From: a virus
Taxonomy: Duplodnaviria; Caudoviricetes
IMG/VR virus record: IMGVR_UViG_3300024265_000187
Location: 1-26,226 of that record
Strand: one strand, 5' to 3'
Length of the DNA stretch: 26,226 nucleotides
Shown here: positions 1-8,070 of the stretch, piece after piece
Layout: each line of letters starts with the position of its first letter
Position numbering within the stretch: the first letter of the stretch is position 1
The notes under the pieces: model-generated
Database searches by the model: none
The model's input: only the letters and a program-made list of their open reading frames with translations
What the model was told of the DNA's origin: nothing
Translations under genes and position numbers: made by a program

Positions 1-2
1 TC

Positions 3-323
3 ATCGATGAAGCACACAGCATGTCATCGGCAGCGCAGAACTTTCTGCTCGGGCTCCTGGAGCGACTGCCGGATCACAGGGCGATCATCGCCACGACAAC
101 AGAAGACAAGCCTTTCAAGTCCGACGCCCTGTTATCCAGATGGATCAAGATCACACTCAGGCAACCGGACCCGGCCGAGGCCACGACACTGATACGAGAC
201 CTCATAGCCCAGGTAAACGGCGTTGAGGCCAGCGACAGCACCATATGCAGACTTCTGAAGGATAGGAACTTCAACATGAGGGAGGCGATTACCGACATAG
301 TCCAAATGGGGGCGAGATTTTAA
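3..323 (+). CDS. C-terminal part (5'-truncated by window edge) of a clamp-loader-clade AAA+ ATPase, DnaX gamma/tau-like
   Basis: Frame is open from base 3: IDEAHSMSSAAQNFLLGLLE (Walker B, cf. DnaX IDEVHMLS..AFNALLKTLE), IIATTT (sensor 1), LLSRW (SRC-like Arg finger), NMREA (sensor 2). Confidence 0.85.
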   Translation: MDEAHSMSSAAQNFLLGLLERLPDHRAIIATTTEDKPFKSDALLSRWIKITLRQPDPAEATTLIRDLIAQVNGVEASDSTICRLLKDRNFNMREAITDIVQMGARF

Positions 324-326
324 CGC

Positions 327-355
327 TTGACACAGTATACACGAAACCGCACAAT
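327..355 (+). promoter_or_regulatory. Sigma70-like promoter for the replication/recombination operon
   Basis: TTGACA (327-332), 17 bp spacer, CACAAT (350-355); intergenic, upstream of SD AGGAAGGA and ATG 392. Confidence 0.6.
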
Positions 356-391
356 ACCCGAAAACGCGGACAGCGCAGGAAGGATAAAACA

Positions 392-1795
392 ATGGCCGAG
401 GTAGAGAGATCATACAGAGACGTAACAGGACTACGAATATCAAGGCTGCACGTCGTGGACACGATGAAGCTGGTAGAAGCGGTAGTAATACCAGACCAAC
501 GGACGCTGACGATAGTCGAGGGACCGAACGCAGCGGGGAAAACCACACTGCTGAGGTGCATCCAAATGGGGTTGGGTGGGAAGCGCGTCGATCCGGACAC
601 ACCAATACGAAACGGTGCAACAGAATCAGAGATCGAACTAATACTAGCAGACCACCTACGAGACAGATACAAGCTGACGCTGCGCCACAAGGGTGACCGT
701 CGATACTTCGAAGTGAGATGGATAAACAAGGACGGAAGCACCAGCAAAATCCAAAAGCCACAGTCAGTAATAGATGCGCTGACGGCAGAGGCATGTTGGG
801 ACATAAGAAAATTCCACACTGCGAAGCCCGCAGAACAACTTGAGATGTTGATCTCGGCACTAGGACTGAGAGACCAATTCAACGTACTAGCGAAGAGAAA
901 GAGAGACGCGCTAGACGCGAAAAACGAGAACGATGCAACCAAGAAATCACTCGAAACCAGAATCTCAAACACTCCCGATCCGTCACCGAACAAAGAACTG
1001 ACGCAGCCGGAAACCATTGACATAACTGCGCAAATCGCAGCAGCAACAAAGACGAACCAAGAACACGACAAGCTAGAAGGACTGATAGCACAAACTGCAA
1101 CAGACGTCGGAGAAACAATACGAAAAATCGCCGAGCTGAACGACAGACTAACACAACTAAAATCCGAAGGGAAAGTACACGTCGAAAGAACTAATCAAAT
1201 CCCACCAAGAGTCAATGCAGACGAACTGACGGCTCAGCTTGAAGACATTGAGAACAAACGAGAGGCAGCACGACTACAAAAACAGGCGCGGGAATGGGCA
1301 ACAGAACTGACGGCAACAAAAGCAACGGCCGAAGAAATCGATGAAGAACTGGACGCAATCAAAGACAGGCAGAAGACGATTATCACGGAAACGGACATCG
1401 GAGAAACCGTCCGCGGGCTGTCGTCAGATGGTATTCAGCTTATGCACGACAACCTACCGCTAACACAAGCGTCAGGATCGCAAAAGCTGACGATAGCAGC
1501 CCTTGTTGGAATGTCTCAAAAGACACCGCTAAACGTAATATGTGCAGATGAAGCGGACGGGCTCGACAGCAATGCGATAGCAATGCTGCGAACGCTTGCG
1601 AAAGAGCGGGGCTACCAACTTTGGATGACAGGAACAAGGATCGGATGCGAGGCTGACGACGACACGACGCTGGTCGAATTGCGAGATGGACGACAACAGA
1701 ACCCACCAACACAGAAGGACATAAACCTTGCTACAGAAGTGATGACACAACGGAAAGACGAAACGATAGTAGATGAAGACGGTTTCGATCTATGA
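392..1795 (+). CDS. SMC/Rad50(SbcC)-like ABC ATPase with central coiled coil
   Basis: Walker A GPNAAGKTT, long heptad-rich middle, signature ASGSQ, Walker B/D-loop ICADEADGLD; good SD. Confidence 0.85.
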   Translation: MAEVERSYRDVTGLRISRLHVVDTMKLVEAVVIPDQRTLTIVEGPNAAGKTTLLRCIQMGLGGKRVDPDTPIRNGATESEIELILADHLRDRYKLTLRHKGDRRYFEVRWINKDGSTSKIQKPQSVIDALTAEACWDIRKFHTAKPAEQLEMLISALGLRDQFNVLAKRKRDALDAKNENDATKKSLETRISNTPDPSPNKELTQPETIDITAQIAAATKTNQEHDKLEGLIAQTATDVGETIRKIAELNDRLTQLKSEGKVHVERTNQIPPRVNADELTAQLEDIENKREAARLQKQAREWATELTATKATAEEIDEELDAIKDRQKTIITETDIGETVRGLSSDGIQLMHDNLPLTQASGSQKLTIAALVGMSQKTPLNVICADEADGLDSNAIAMLRTLAKERGYQLWMTGTRIGCEADDDTTLVELRDGRQQNPPTQKDINLATEVMTQRKDETIVDEDGFDL

Positions 1796-2202
1796 GCCAA
1801 CGCAAGTCAGTCACATTCAGAGACTCGAACATGGGGGAGTGCGACATAGTAGCGTTCGCAATCCACCTGTCGGAAGTTTTTGGAACAACGCAACGAGGGA
1901 TCGCAGCAATAGTGCGGCTAACAAAACCGTACAGCGAATGGAGGCGCAGAGTAGAATGGTGTCAACACTGTCAACGATACGTGCCCGTACAGTTCATGGA
2001 CACAACGGCGATCGACGAACACGCAGCCCGCCGAATAAAGTTCAAGGATCATCCAGACAGAGACGATCCTAGAGAAGCATGCAGAGGAAGTAACACCGAC
2101 TCCGTGTGGAACGGGGCAGTACCACAACAATGCGAGCTAGCGCCCGACGCACTCGTGAGACTCCTGTCAACCGCAGGACTAGCTGGAGGACAATGCGCAT
2201 GA
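1792..2202 (+). CDS. Hypothetical protein with CxxC (possible Zn binding)
   Basis: ATGA overlaps with both neighbours; WCQHC plus two further Cys; same codon style as the arm. Confidence 0.7.
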   Translation: MSQRKSVTFRDSNMGECDIVAFAIHLSEVFGTTQRGIAAIVRLTKPYSEWRRRVEWCQHCQRYVPVQFMDTTAIDEHAARRIKFKDHPDRDDPREACRGSNTDSVWNGAVPQQCELAPDALVRLLSTAGLAGGQCA

Positions 2203-2966
2203 AGCCAATTGGATTAGCGTTCGACATCGAAACGGCGATAGACCCGCACGCAGCACTACCAGAAGCAACGATCAAGCCCGGCAATACCAAAGACCCGGGG
2301 AAGCTGGCAATCAAACAAGACGAGGCCAACGAAGCCTTGATACGAAAAGCAGCACTCGACCCACACTTCTCGCGAGTGGTTGCAATTGGATACCTGTTAA
2401 AACCAGACAGCGACGATGACACTGAACAACACTACGTTGACGTGATCAACACCCCGGACGATTACCTGTTCGGACTGGACGGAGATGCAGCAGACCACAA
2501 AGAAGACCTGGACAAGCGAGAACTTGCACTGATCATCGACCTGTGGGCAACAATAACACGCACGATCGACACAGACAGAAGGTTCGCGACGTTCAACGGT
2601 ACAGGGTTCGATCTCAAATTCCTGTACCGCAGGTCCCTGATACTCGGACTACCGGTGCCGGAACGAGTAATGGATCGAACATACCATGTAGACGCACTGT
2701 TGGCACTGACCGAATCAGAGCCGGGAACCGGTAGAGGGATCATGTTCCAAGCACCAACACCAACACCGCGCAACCTGAGATTCTACTCCGCAACCCTGCT
2801 GAACCCGGACCCGCACGCGGGACTCGTTGACATCGACAAGTCACAAAACGCAACGGCCATAGGAATACCAGAACGAAGACAAGAGCTGGTAGACGACACG
2901 AACGCGGCAACGCTTGCAACATACCTGCTTGCCAACAAATGCGTGACAATCCTCGGCACCGCATAG
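2199..2966 (+). CDS. DnaQ/PolB-type 3'-5' exonuclease-fold protein (ExoIII motif degenerate)
   Basis: ExoI LAFDIET, ExoII TFNGTGFDLKFL; start moved to ATG 2199 (GGAGG at 2185-2189, ATGA overlap). Confidence 0.8.
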   Translation: MKPIGLAFDIETAIDPHAALPEATIKPGNTKDPGKLAIKQDEANEALIRKAALDPHFSRVVAIGYLLKPDSDDDTEQHYVDVINTPDDYLFGLDGDAADHKEDLDKRELALIIDLWATITRTIDTDRRFATFNGTGFDLKFLYRRSLILGLPVPERVMDRTYHVDALLALTESEPGTGRGIMFQAPTPTPRNLRFYSATLLNPDPHAGLVDIDKSQNATAIGIPERRQELVDDTNAATLATYLLANKCVTILGTA

Positions 2967-2990
2967 AAACCAGAAAGGAACTGATCAAAA

Positions 2991-4154
2991 ATGGAAACGA
3001 ACGAAGACACAATACCAACGGAGGCCACAGAAGCAACGGAAGCAGAATCTACACTAGTGCCATCCAACTCGATGATCGACCGGCTAATGAGAATAGCAAA
3101 CGCAGTAGCAGAGAGCGGATCGGCACTGCCAAAAGGGTGCAGAAATGCAGCGGGCGTATTCCGCAAAATGTTGACAGGCGTCGAGCTTGGACTGCCACCA
3201 ATGACATCGCTCAACGAACTGGACAGCATAAACGGAAGAGAAACGCTAAGCGCACGAATGAAGGTTGCAATAATACGCAAGCGGAAAATCGGCAAGATCG
3301 AAGTTGTAGAAACTACGGCAGAGAGTGCGACTGTAGCGGTCTCGAAAGCGTGCTGGCCTGATGACCGCCAAGAACAAATTACCTTCACGATGGACGACGC
3401 CCGAACGGCGAAGATATCGGAGAAAGACAACTGGAAACACTGGCCAAAGGCGATGCTATTGAGCAAGGCATTGTCAATCGCGTGCGCGACACACTTCCAA
3501 GAAGTCTTCGAGGGAGTTGGATACACGGCAGACGACTTGGGGGCAGAAACAGACGAGGAAGGCCGAGTCCTTGAAAGGTTAGAACCAACCACGGCAGAGA
3601 CTCCACCGTGGCGAAAAAAAGCCGAGGACGAAACGGTGGAAAAGGAACAACCACCACAAGGCAAGGCCAAGCCTACGCAGGAACCACCAGCACTGCCAAA
3701 AGCTGCACAGAAACCAGCCACATCGGACGTGCCGCCCGCTGCCGCCACCGCAGGTGAATCGAACTATCAGCCACACGACACATCACCAGGCGGAATGAAA
3801 AGGGCAGTCAAAGAAGTTGGCCTTACGGCTGACCAATGGAGGGAATCATTAGCAAACCACTTCAACGGCGCGAAGAAATTGGCAGACCTGACCTTGGTAG
3901 ACGCCGAACGATGCGCAATCTGGCTGAGACGGCTCAAGCAAATCACGCTGATGAGAGAGGACGCGGGGTACGGTGCAGCACAATGGGCGTCGGTGCTGGC
4001 CAAGCGCCAAGTGGACCATGAGCACCAACTGTCACTAGATCAGGTTCACGAAATCTGGAGTAAGCTGTTCGAGAACACGACTCCTTTTAGACGAGGCAAG
4101 CTGGGGATTACGGAAGAGAACGCAAAACCAGACGGTGCAGACACGGGAAAATAA
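2991..4154 (+). CDS. RecT-like single-strand annealing protein (phage recombinase) with C-terminal extension
   Basis: TGVELGLPPMTSLNELDSINGR, FTMDDARTA, KDNWKHWPKAML and GVGYTADDLG match the phage RecT-like pattern; Pro/Ala linker follows; SD AGAAAGGA. Confidence 0.75.
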   Translation: METNEDTIPTEATEATEAESTLVPSNSMIDRLMRIANAVAESGSALPKGCRNAAGVFRKMLTGVELGLPPMTSLNELDSINGRETLSARMKVAIIRKRKIGKIEVVETTAESATVAVSKACWPDDRQEQITFTMDDARTAKISEKDNWKHWPKAMLLSKALSIACATHFQEVFEGVGYTADDLGAETDEEGRVLERLEPTTAETPPWRKKAEDETVEKEQPPQGKAKPTQEPPALPKAAQKPATSDVPPAAATAGESNYQPHDTSPGGMKRAVKEVGLTADQWRESLANHFNGAKKLADLTLVDAERCAIWLRRLKQITLMREDAGYGAAQWASVLAKRQVDHEHQLSLDQVHEIWSKLFENTTPFRRGKLGITEENAKPDGADTGK

Positions 4155-4330
4155 AGCCCCCCAAGTGGACCACCGCACCCCACGGTGGCGCCAGATCAAT
4201 CGGGGGGATAATCGAAGACATGGTAATACGACACGGTGAGCAGTTGGGAATCAGCATACTAGGATACCCAACATCATGGTGTTTAACTCGAGGCGAGTTG
4301 GATAGACTATTGCAGGGAATGGGAATCTGA
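4145..4330 (+). other. Candidate -1 programmed frameshift site and 59-codon extension of the RecT-like protein
   Basis: In-frame G_GGA_AAA (4145-4151) directly before TAA; stem-loop 4157-4207; -1 frame open to TGA 4328-4330. Confidence 0.65.
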
Positions 4331-4344
4331 AAAGGAGAGCAACA

Positions 4345-4920
4345 ATGCCAGAAGAAGGATTCGGACCACAAGACTCAGGTGATTATAACTTTGGAGCAAC
4401 AGCACCCCCGGAAGGATTTGATCCAAACACATCAGCACCAAAGAGACCAGACGCCGGTGAACACACGATGACAATCACGACGTTCACCATGCACCCGGAC
4501 CACACGTTCAAGTGGAAAGGGGAGTCGTATGCACTTACGCAACTACGCCCAACGCTCGTTGTCACATCACCCGGCAGCAACGAAGGCAGAGAGTGCATCG
4601 ACTTTTTGCCAATGCCAACCGAAGGGAGGGAAATGGGCCTGCTTGCAAATCGATGGGCAAATCTCCTGAAGGGGTTCGGCTTCAACGTAACAAAAGACTC
4701 GCTAGTGCCGGTAGGCTTCAAGCTAACCGACCTCATAGGAAGATCAGCAAACGTCACAATTCAAGAAGAAACAGACTCCGACAACCAACCCAAGAAGTAC
4801 CGAGGCGTCGTGCAGACAGGAGTCGCATTGTTTGGATACAGCCCGGTGGACGAAGCAACGAAAGGACCGGACGCAACGCCAACGGCGGCCGAGGGCAAAC
4901 CTAAGCCCTTTGACCTGTAA
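4345..4920 (+). CDS. Probable OB-fold ssDNA-binding protein (DUF669-like)
   Basis: PDAGEHTMTIT near the N-terminus, DLIGRSANVTI, flexible tail ending PFDL; sits next to the recombinase; SD AAGGAG. Confidence 0.6.
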   Translation: MPEEGFGPQDSGDYNFGATAPPEGFDPNTSAPKRPDAGEHTMTITTFTMHPDHTFKWKGESYALTQLRPTLVVTSPGSNEGRECIDFLPMPTEGREMGLLANRWANLLKGFGFNVTKDSLVPVGFKLTDLIGRSANVTIQEETDSDNQPKKYRGVVQTGVALFGYSPVDEATKGPDATPTAAEGKPKPFDL

Positions 4921-4938
4921 CCGGCCTAGAGACGAAAC

Positions 4939-4975
4939 GGGTGGGCGACACGAACAGCATGCCAGTCGCCCACCC
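4939..4975. repeat. Perfect 11 bp inverted repeat (intergenic hairpin)
   Basis: GGGTGGGCGAC (4939-4949) / GTCGCCCACCC (4965-4975), 15 nt loop; no U-tract on +. Confidence 0.8.
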
Positions 4976-5003
4976 AACAGGCACGCGCAGAAAGGACGCC
5001 CGA

Positions 5004-7268
5004 ATGAACACGACGCTGTTCGACACAGCACAAAACGAAGTAACAACGCGACTGATACTGGACCGAATCGTATTCAACGAGAACGGACGGATCATCGCAA
5101 AGGCGCACATCCAAGCAACGTATCCACTGAAATCAGAAGCAGGAAAACCCGTAACCCACGTATCAATCCTTGGAGCAATGCCGAACGCATCGGCTGGCCA
5201 AGAGTACGAAGTAACCGGGAAACTGGAATACGATACCAAATGGCACCAATGGCAAATCAAATTCTCGACGCACAGAACAATCCTACCCAACGATGAAGAC
5301 TCCATTCTCAGATACCTGATCGACGTTGCGCGATGGGTAGGTCCGGATATAGCCGCAAAGCTGGTAAAGGCATTCGGAAACCACACGCTGACCACAATCA
5401 AAACCGATCCCGAGCACGTCGCAGAAACCATACCAGGAATAACGCTCACACGAGCGAAAGAGATGCAGTCAACGCTTGTAGAAAATGAAAAGTCAGAGCA
5501 AGCGATGATCGAGATCAACACGATGATCGGTGGAGTGCTACCGCCTTCAATAACACGAAAAGCTATCTCCACATGGGGATCGGATGCAGCGTTAAAAATA
5601 AAAGACAACCCATTCATTCTAACCAGCCTCCCGGGCGTTGGGTTCATAATGGCGGACGCCATACACCGAAGAATGAAAGGCGCGGAGGACGATCAAAATC
5701 GACACAAATCCGCAATAGTTCACGTACTACAAGAGGCAGCACAGAACGATGGACACACGGTAATAACCACCAACCAAGCAGTGTTGAAAGCAAACATCCT
5801 CACGGGCGGGCTGCGAACAGACTCCATAGCAACGGCCGAAAAAAACGGACACATCAGAACAAGCGACATGGCAAGCGACATGAGCCTAGAAGACTTGGTT
5901 GCCGCCGAAGAGTACGTTGCAGGGAAAATATCAACCATGCTGTCGGAGGAAATGCCACCGACAAGAATAGAAACGACAGACACGACACTGAACAACGAAC
6001 AACGAGCAGCATTCCACGGAATCCAAAACAGCAACGTCTTCATCCTGACAGGAGCACCGGGAACCGGGAAAACATATACGCTAGCAAGAATTGTGAAGGC
6101 GCTTAGAGACACGAACGCCTCAACAGTGCTGGTGGCACCAACCGGAAAAGCAGCAAAGCAGATGGAACTAGCACTCCAAGATACGTGCCCGACAACAGCC
6201 ACAACGATCCATTCGGCACTCGGCCCAACCATCGATGAAGACGGGAACTTCTGCTTTGATCGAGATGAACACGACCCCATCCCCGCGGACGTGATAATTG
6301 CCGACGAATTCAGCATGGTTGACGTTAGGCTCGCAAGAAGTCTACTGAAGGCCATAAGCCCGACGACGAAACTAATCATCGTAGGGGATCACTACCAGCT
6401 ACCGTCTATAGGCCCGGGCGCCGTACTCCGAGACCTGATTGCGGCCAAAGTGCCATGCCACGAACTGTCAAAAATACAACGCAACGCGGGGCTGATCGTG
6501 AAAGCATGCCACGCGATCAAGGCAGGAAAAATCGTGCAACCGGCCGAAAAACTAGATGCCGACGCTGGACAAAACTGGCGACACATCGAAACGGAAAGCA
6601 CGGCACAAACCAAGCAGGTGATAGAAGCACTGCTGCGAGACAAGCTGCCGGGAATGGGCATCGACACATTATGGAACGTACAACTGATCAGCCCAACAAA
6701 CGAGAAGGGAGAACTATCGTGCCAACAACTGAACAAGCTAGCGAAGCAAATCATCAACCCAACACCACCACCATTCCCTCGAATCCCGTTCGCACACGGA
6801 GACAAGGTAGTCCGACTAAGAAATGGCACCGCGAAAAGCGCCCGTGGCGCAGTCGCGGTGCGAGGTATCACTCGGAGAGAAACGGGAGCAACGGCAAAAG
6901 AAGACGTAAGAATAGTAAACGGTGACGTCGGAATCGTTCACGACATCGACGACAAGCACGTCATCGTAGAATTCAGATACCCGGATCGAAAAGTAGAAAT
7001 CAAAAAGGGCGACCACAAGCTGAAAATGGCATACGCAATGACCGGCCACAAGATGCAAGGAAGCGAAGTGCCGATCGTAGTCCTTCCACTGCACAAATCG
7101 TACTCGCGCATGCCGATGGTAAACCGCGAATGGTTGTACACGGCAATGAGCCGAGCGAAGCAAGCACTGATAACGGTTGGTGACCTCGGCGTAATGCGAC
7201 CGATCATTTCAAAAGTCGGAATGCAGGCGAGGCAGACGACACTAGCGTCCAAGGTGAAACTGCAATGA
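5004..7268 (+). CDS. recD2: RecD2-like SF1B DNA helicase
   Basis: N-terminal OB-like region, HhH motifs (WVGPDIA, IPGITLTRA, LPGVGFIMAD), Walker A GAPGTGKT, APTGKAA, DEFSMVD, VGDHYQLPSIGPG, AYAMTGHKMQGSE, LYTAMSRAK; start at ATG 5004 after AGAAAGGA. Confidence 0.92.
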   Translation: MNTTLFDTAQNEVTTRLILDRIVFNENGRIIAKAHIQATYPLKSEAGKPVTHVSILGAMPNASAGQEYEVTGKLEYDTKWHQWQIKFSTHRTILPNDEDSILRYLIDVARWVGPDIAAKLVKAFGNHTLTTIKTDPEHVAETIPGITLTRAKEMQSTLVENEKSEQAMIEINTMIGGVLPPSITRKAISTWGSDAALKIKDNPFILTSLPGVGFIMADAIHRRMKGAEDDQNRHKSAIVHVLQEAAQNDGHTVITTNQAVLKANILTGGLRTDSIATAEKNGHIRTSDMASDMSLEDLVAAEEYVAGKISTMLSEEMPPTRIETTDTTLNNEQRAAFHGIQNSNVFILTGAPGTGKTYTLARIVKALRDTNASTVLVAPTGKAAKQMELALQDTCPTTATTIHSALGPTIDEDGNFCFDRDEHDPIPADVIIADEFSMVDVRLARSLLKAISPTTKLIIVGDHYQLPSIGPGAVLRDLIAAKVPCHELSKIQRNAGLIVKACHAIKAGKIVQPAEKLDADAGQNWRHIETESTAQTKQVIEALLRDKLPGMGIDTLWNVQLISPTNEKGELSCQQLNKLAKQIINPTPPPFPRIPFAHGDKVVRLRNGTAKSARGAVAVRGITRRETGATAKEDVRIVNGDVGIVHDIDDKHVIVEFRYPDRKVEIKKGDHKLKMAYAMTGHKMQGSEVPIVVLPLHKSYSRMPMVNREWLYTAMSRAKQALITVGDLGVMRPIISKVGMQARQTTLASKVKLQ

Positions 7269-7531
7269 TAACACCTATAGTCGTCGGAGCGGAAAACGAA
7301 ATCATGCAACCGGTAGAAATGCTGCCGAACGAATTGAGAAGCGCATTACAAGACATCCATGATGCACCAAGAATAATTTGCGATCGACACAAGTCGCAAA
7401 GTTTCAATTGGGATTTTGTAGCAAGAAGAATCGGCGAACACATCGCGTGGATCGAGGAGCAACGGTGCAATGACGTAAAGAAATGCGCCTTACTCCTACA
7501 GGCCAAAATTGTTAGGGCAATGAACGAATGA
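7265..7531 (+). CDS. Hypothetical protein
   Basis: ATGA overlaps on both sides; fills the gap in the operon. Confidence 0.7.
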   Translation: MITPIVVGAENEIMQPVEMLPNELRSALQDIHDAPRIICDRHKSQSFNWDFVARRIGEHIAWIEEQRCNDVKKCALLLQAKIVRAMNE

Positions 7532-8070
7532 TAATCGCAGTAGATTCAAGAGAACAAAAACCGTACAAGTTCAAAGGGCTGTTTCCGGAAAGCGGTGACC
7601 TAGTAATTATGGAAACGGGAATACCAGAAGGAGACTACTTAACGATCGGGGGATCATGGGTCGATAATGGAGAGCGCAGCCTTTTGGCTCAAGACGAAAC
7701 GGTTGTCCACGCACGATCGTTCAAGAAAGAAGAATGCGCACTGATAGAACGCAAGACGTTGGCAGATTTGTACGGAACCATCGGGCATGGTCGTGACAGA
7801 TTTGTTAGAGAACTCGAACGAATGAAGGTGTACGGGTACGCAGCAATCCTGATCGAAGCGCAAATGTCACAGATAGCAGAGCCCAACGTACACCTGAAAC
7901 ACCCAACACAAATGAGTCCCAAGTCGGTAATCGCATCGCTCATTGCATGGTCGCAAAGATATGGAATCCACATTGTAATGTGCCCTGGGCGGGCGAATGC
8001 AGAGCGGATTTGCTTTAGGATACTAGAACGATGGCACCAGGACTCGATACCACTAAATCGCAAAAAATAA
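7528..8070 (+). CDS. ERCC4/XPF-domain structure-specific nuclease
   Basis: IIAVDSREQ, GDY and IERKTLADL (GDxnERKx3D signature). Confidence 0.9.
   Translation: MIIAVDSREQKPYKFKGLFPESGDLVIMETGIPEGDYLTIGGSWVDNGERSLLAQDETVVHARSFKKEECALIERKTLADLYGTIGHGRDRFVRELERMKVYGYAAILIEAQMSQIAEPNVHLKHPTQMSPKSVIASLIAWSQRYGIHIVMCPGRANAERICFRILERWHQDSIPLNRKK

Noticed and set aside
3614-3620. A_AAA_AAA run inside the RecT-like gene as a second frameshift site
   Set aside because: No downstream stimulator, A-runs are expected in this A-rich strand, and the -1 product looks non-protein-like.
132-7309. Many long - strand ORFs (132-860, 289-1071, 2783-3748, 4901-5662, 5720-6379) and alternate + frames
   Set aside because: They are shadows of motif-bearing + strand genes, with low-complexity Ser/Val/Phe- or Arg-rich translations produced by the compositional skew.
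8061-8070. C_AAA_AAA_TAA could fuse the ERCC4 nuclease to the primase frame by -1 slip
   Set aside because: Imperfect heptamer, no clear stem, and the primase has its own ATG with AGGA upstream.
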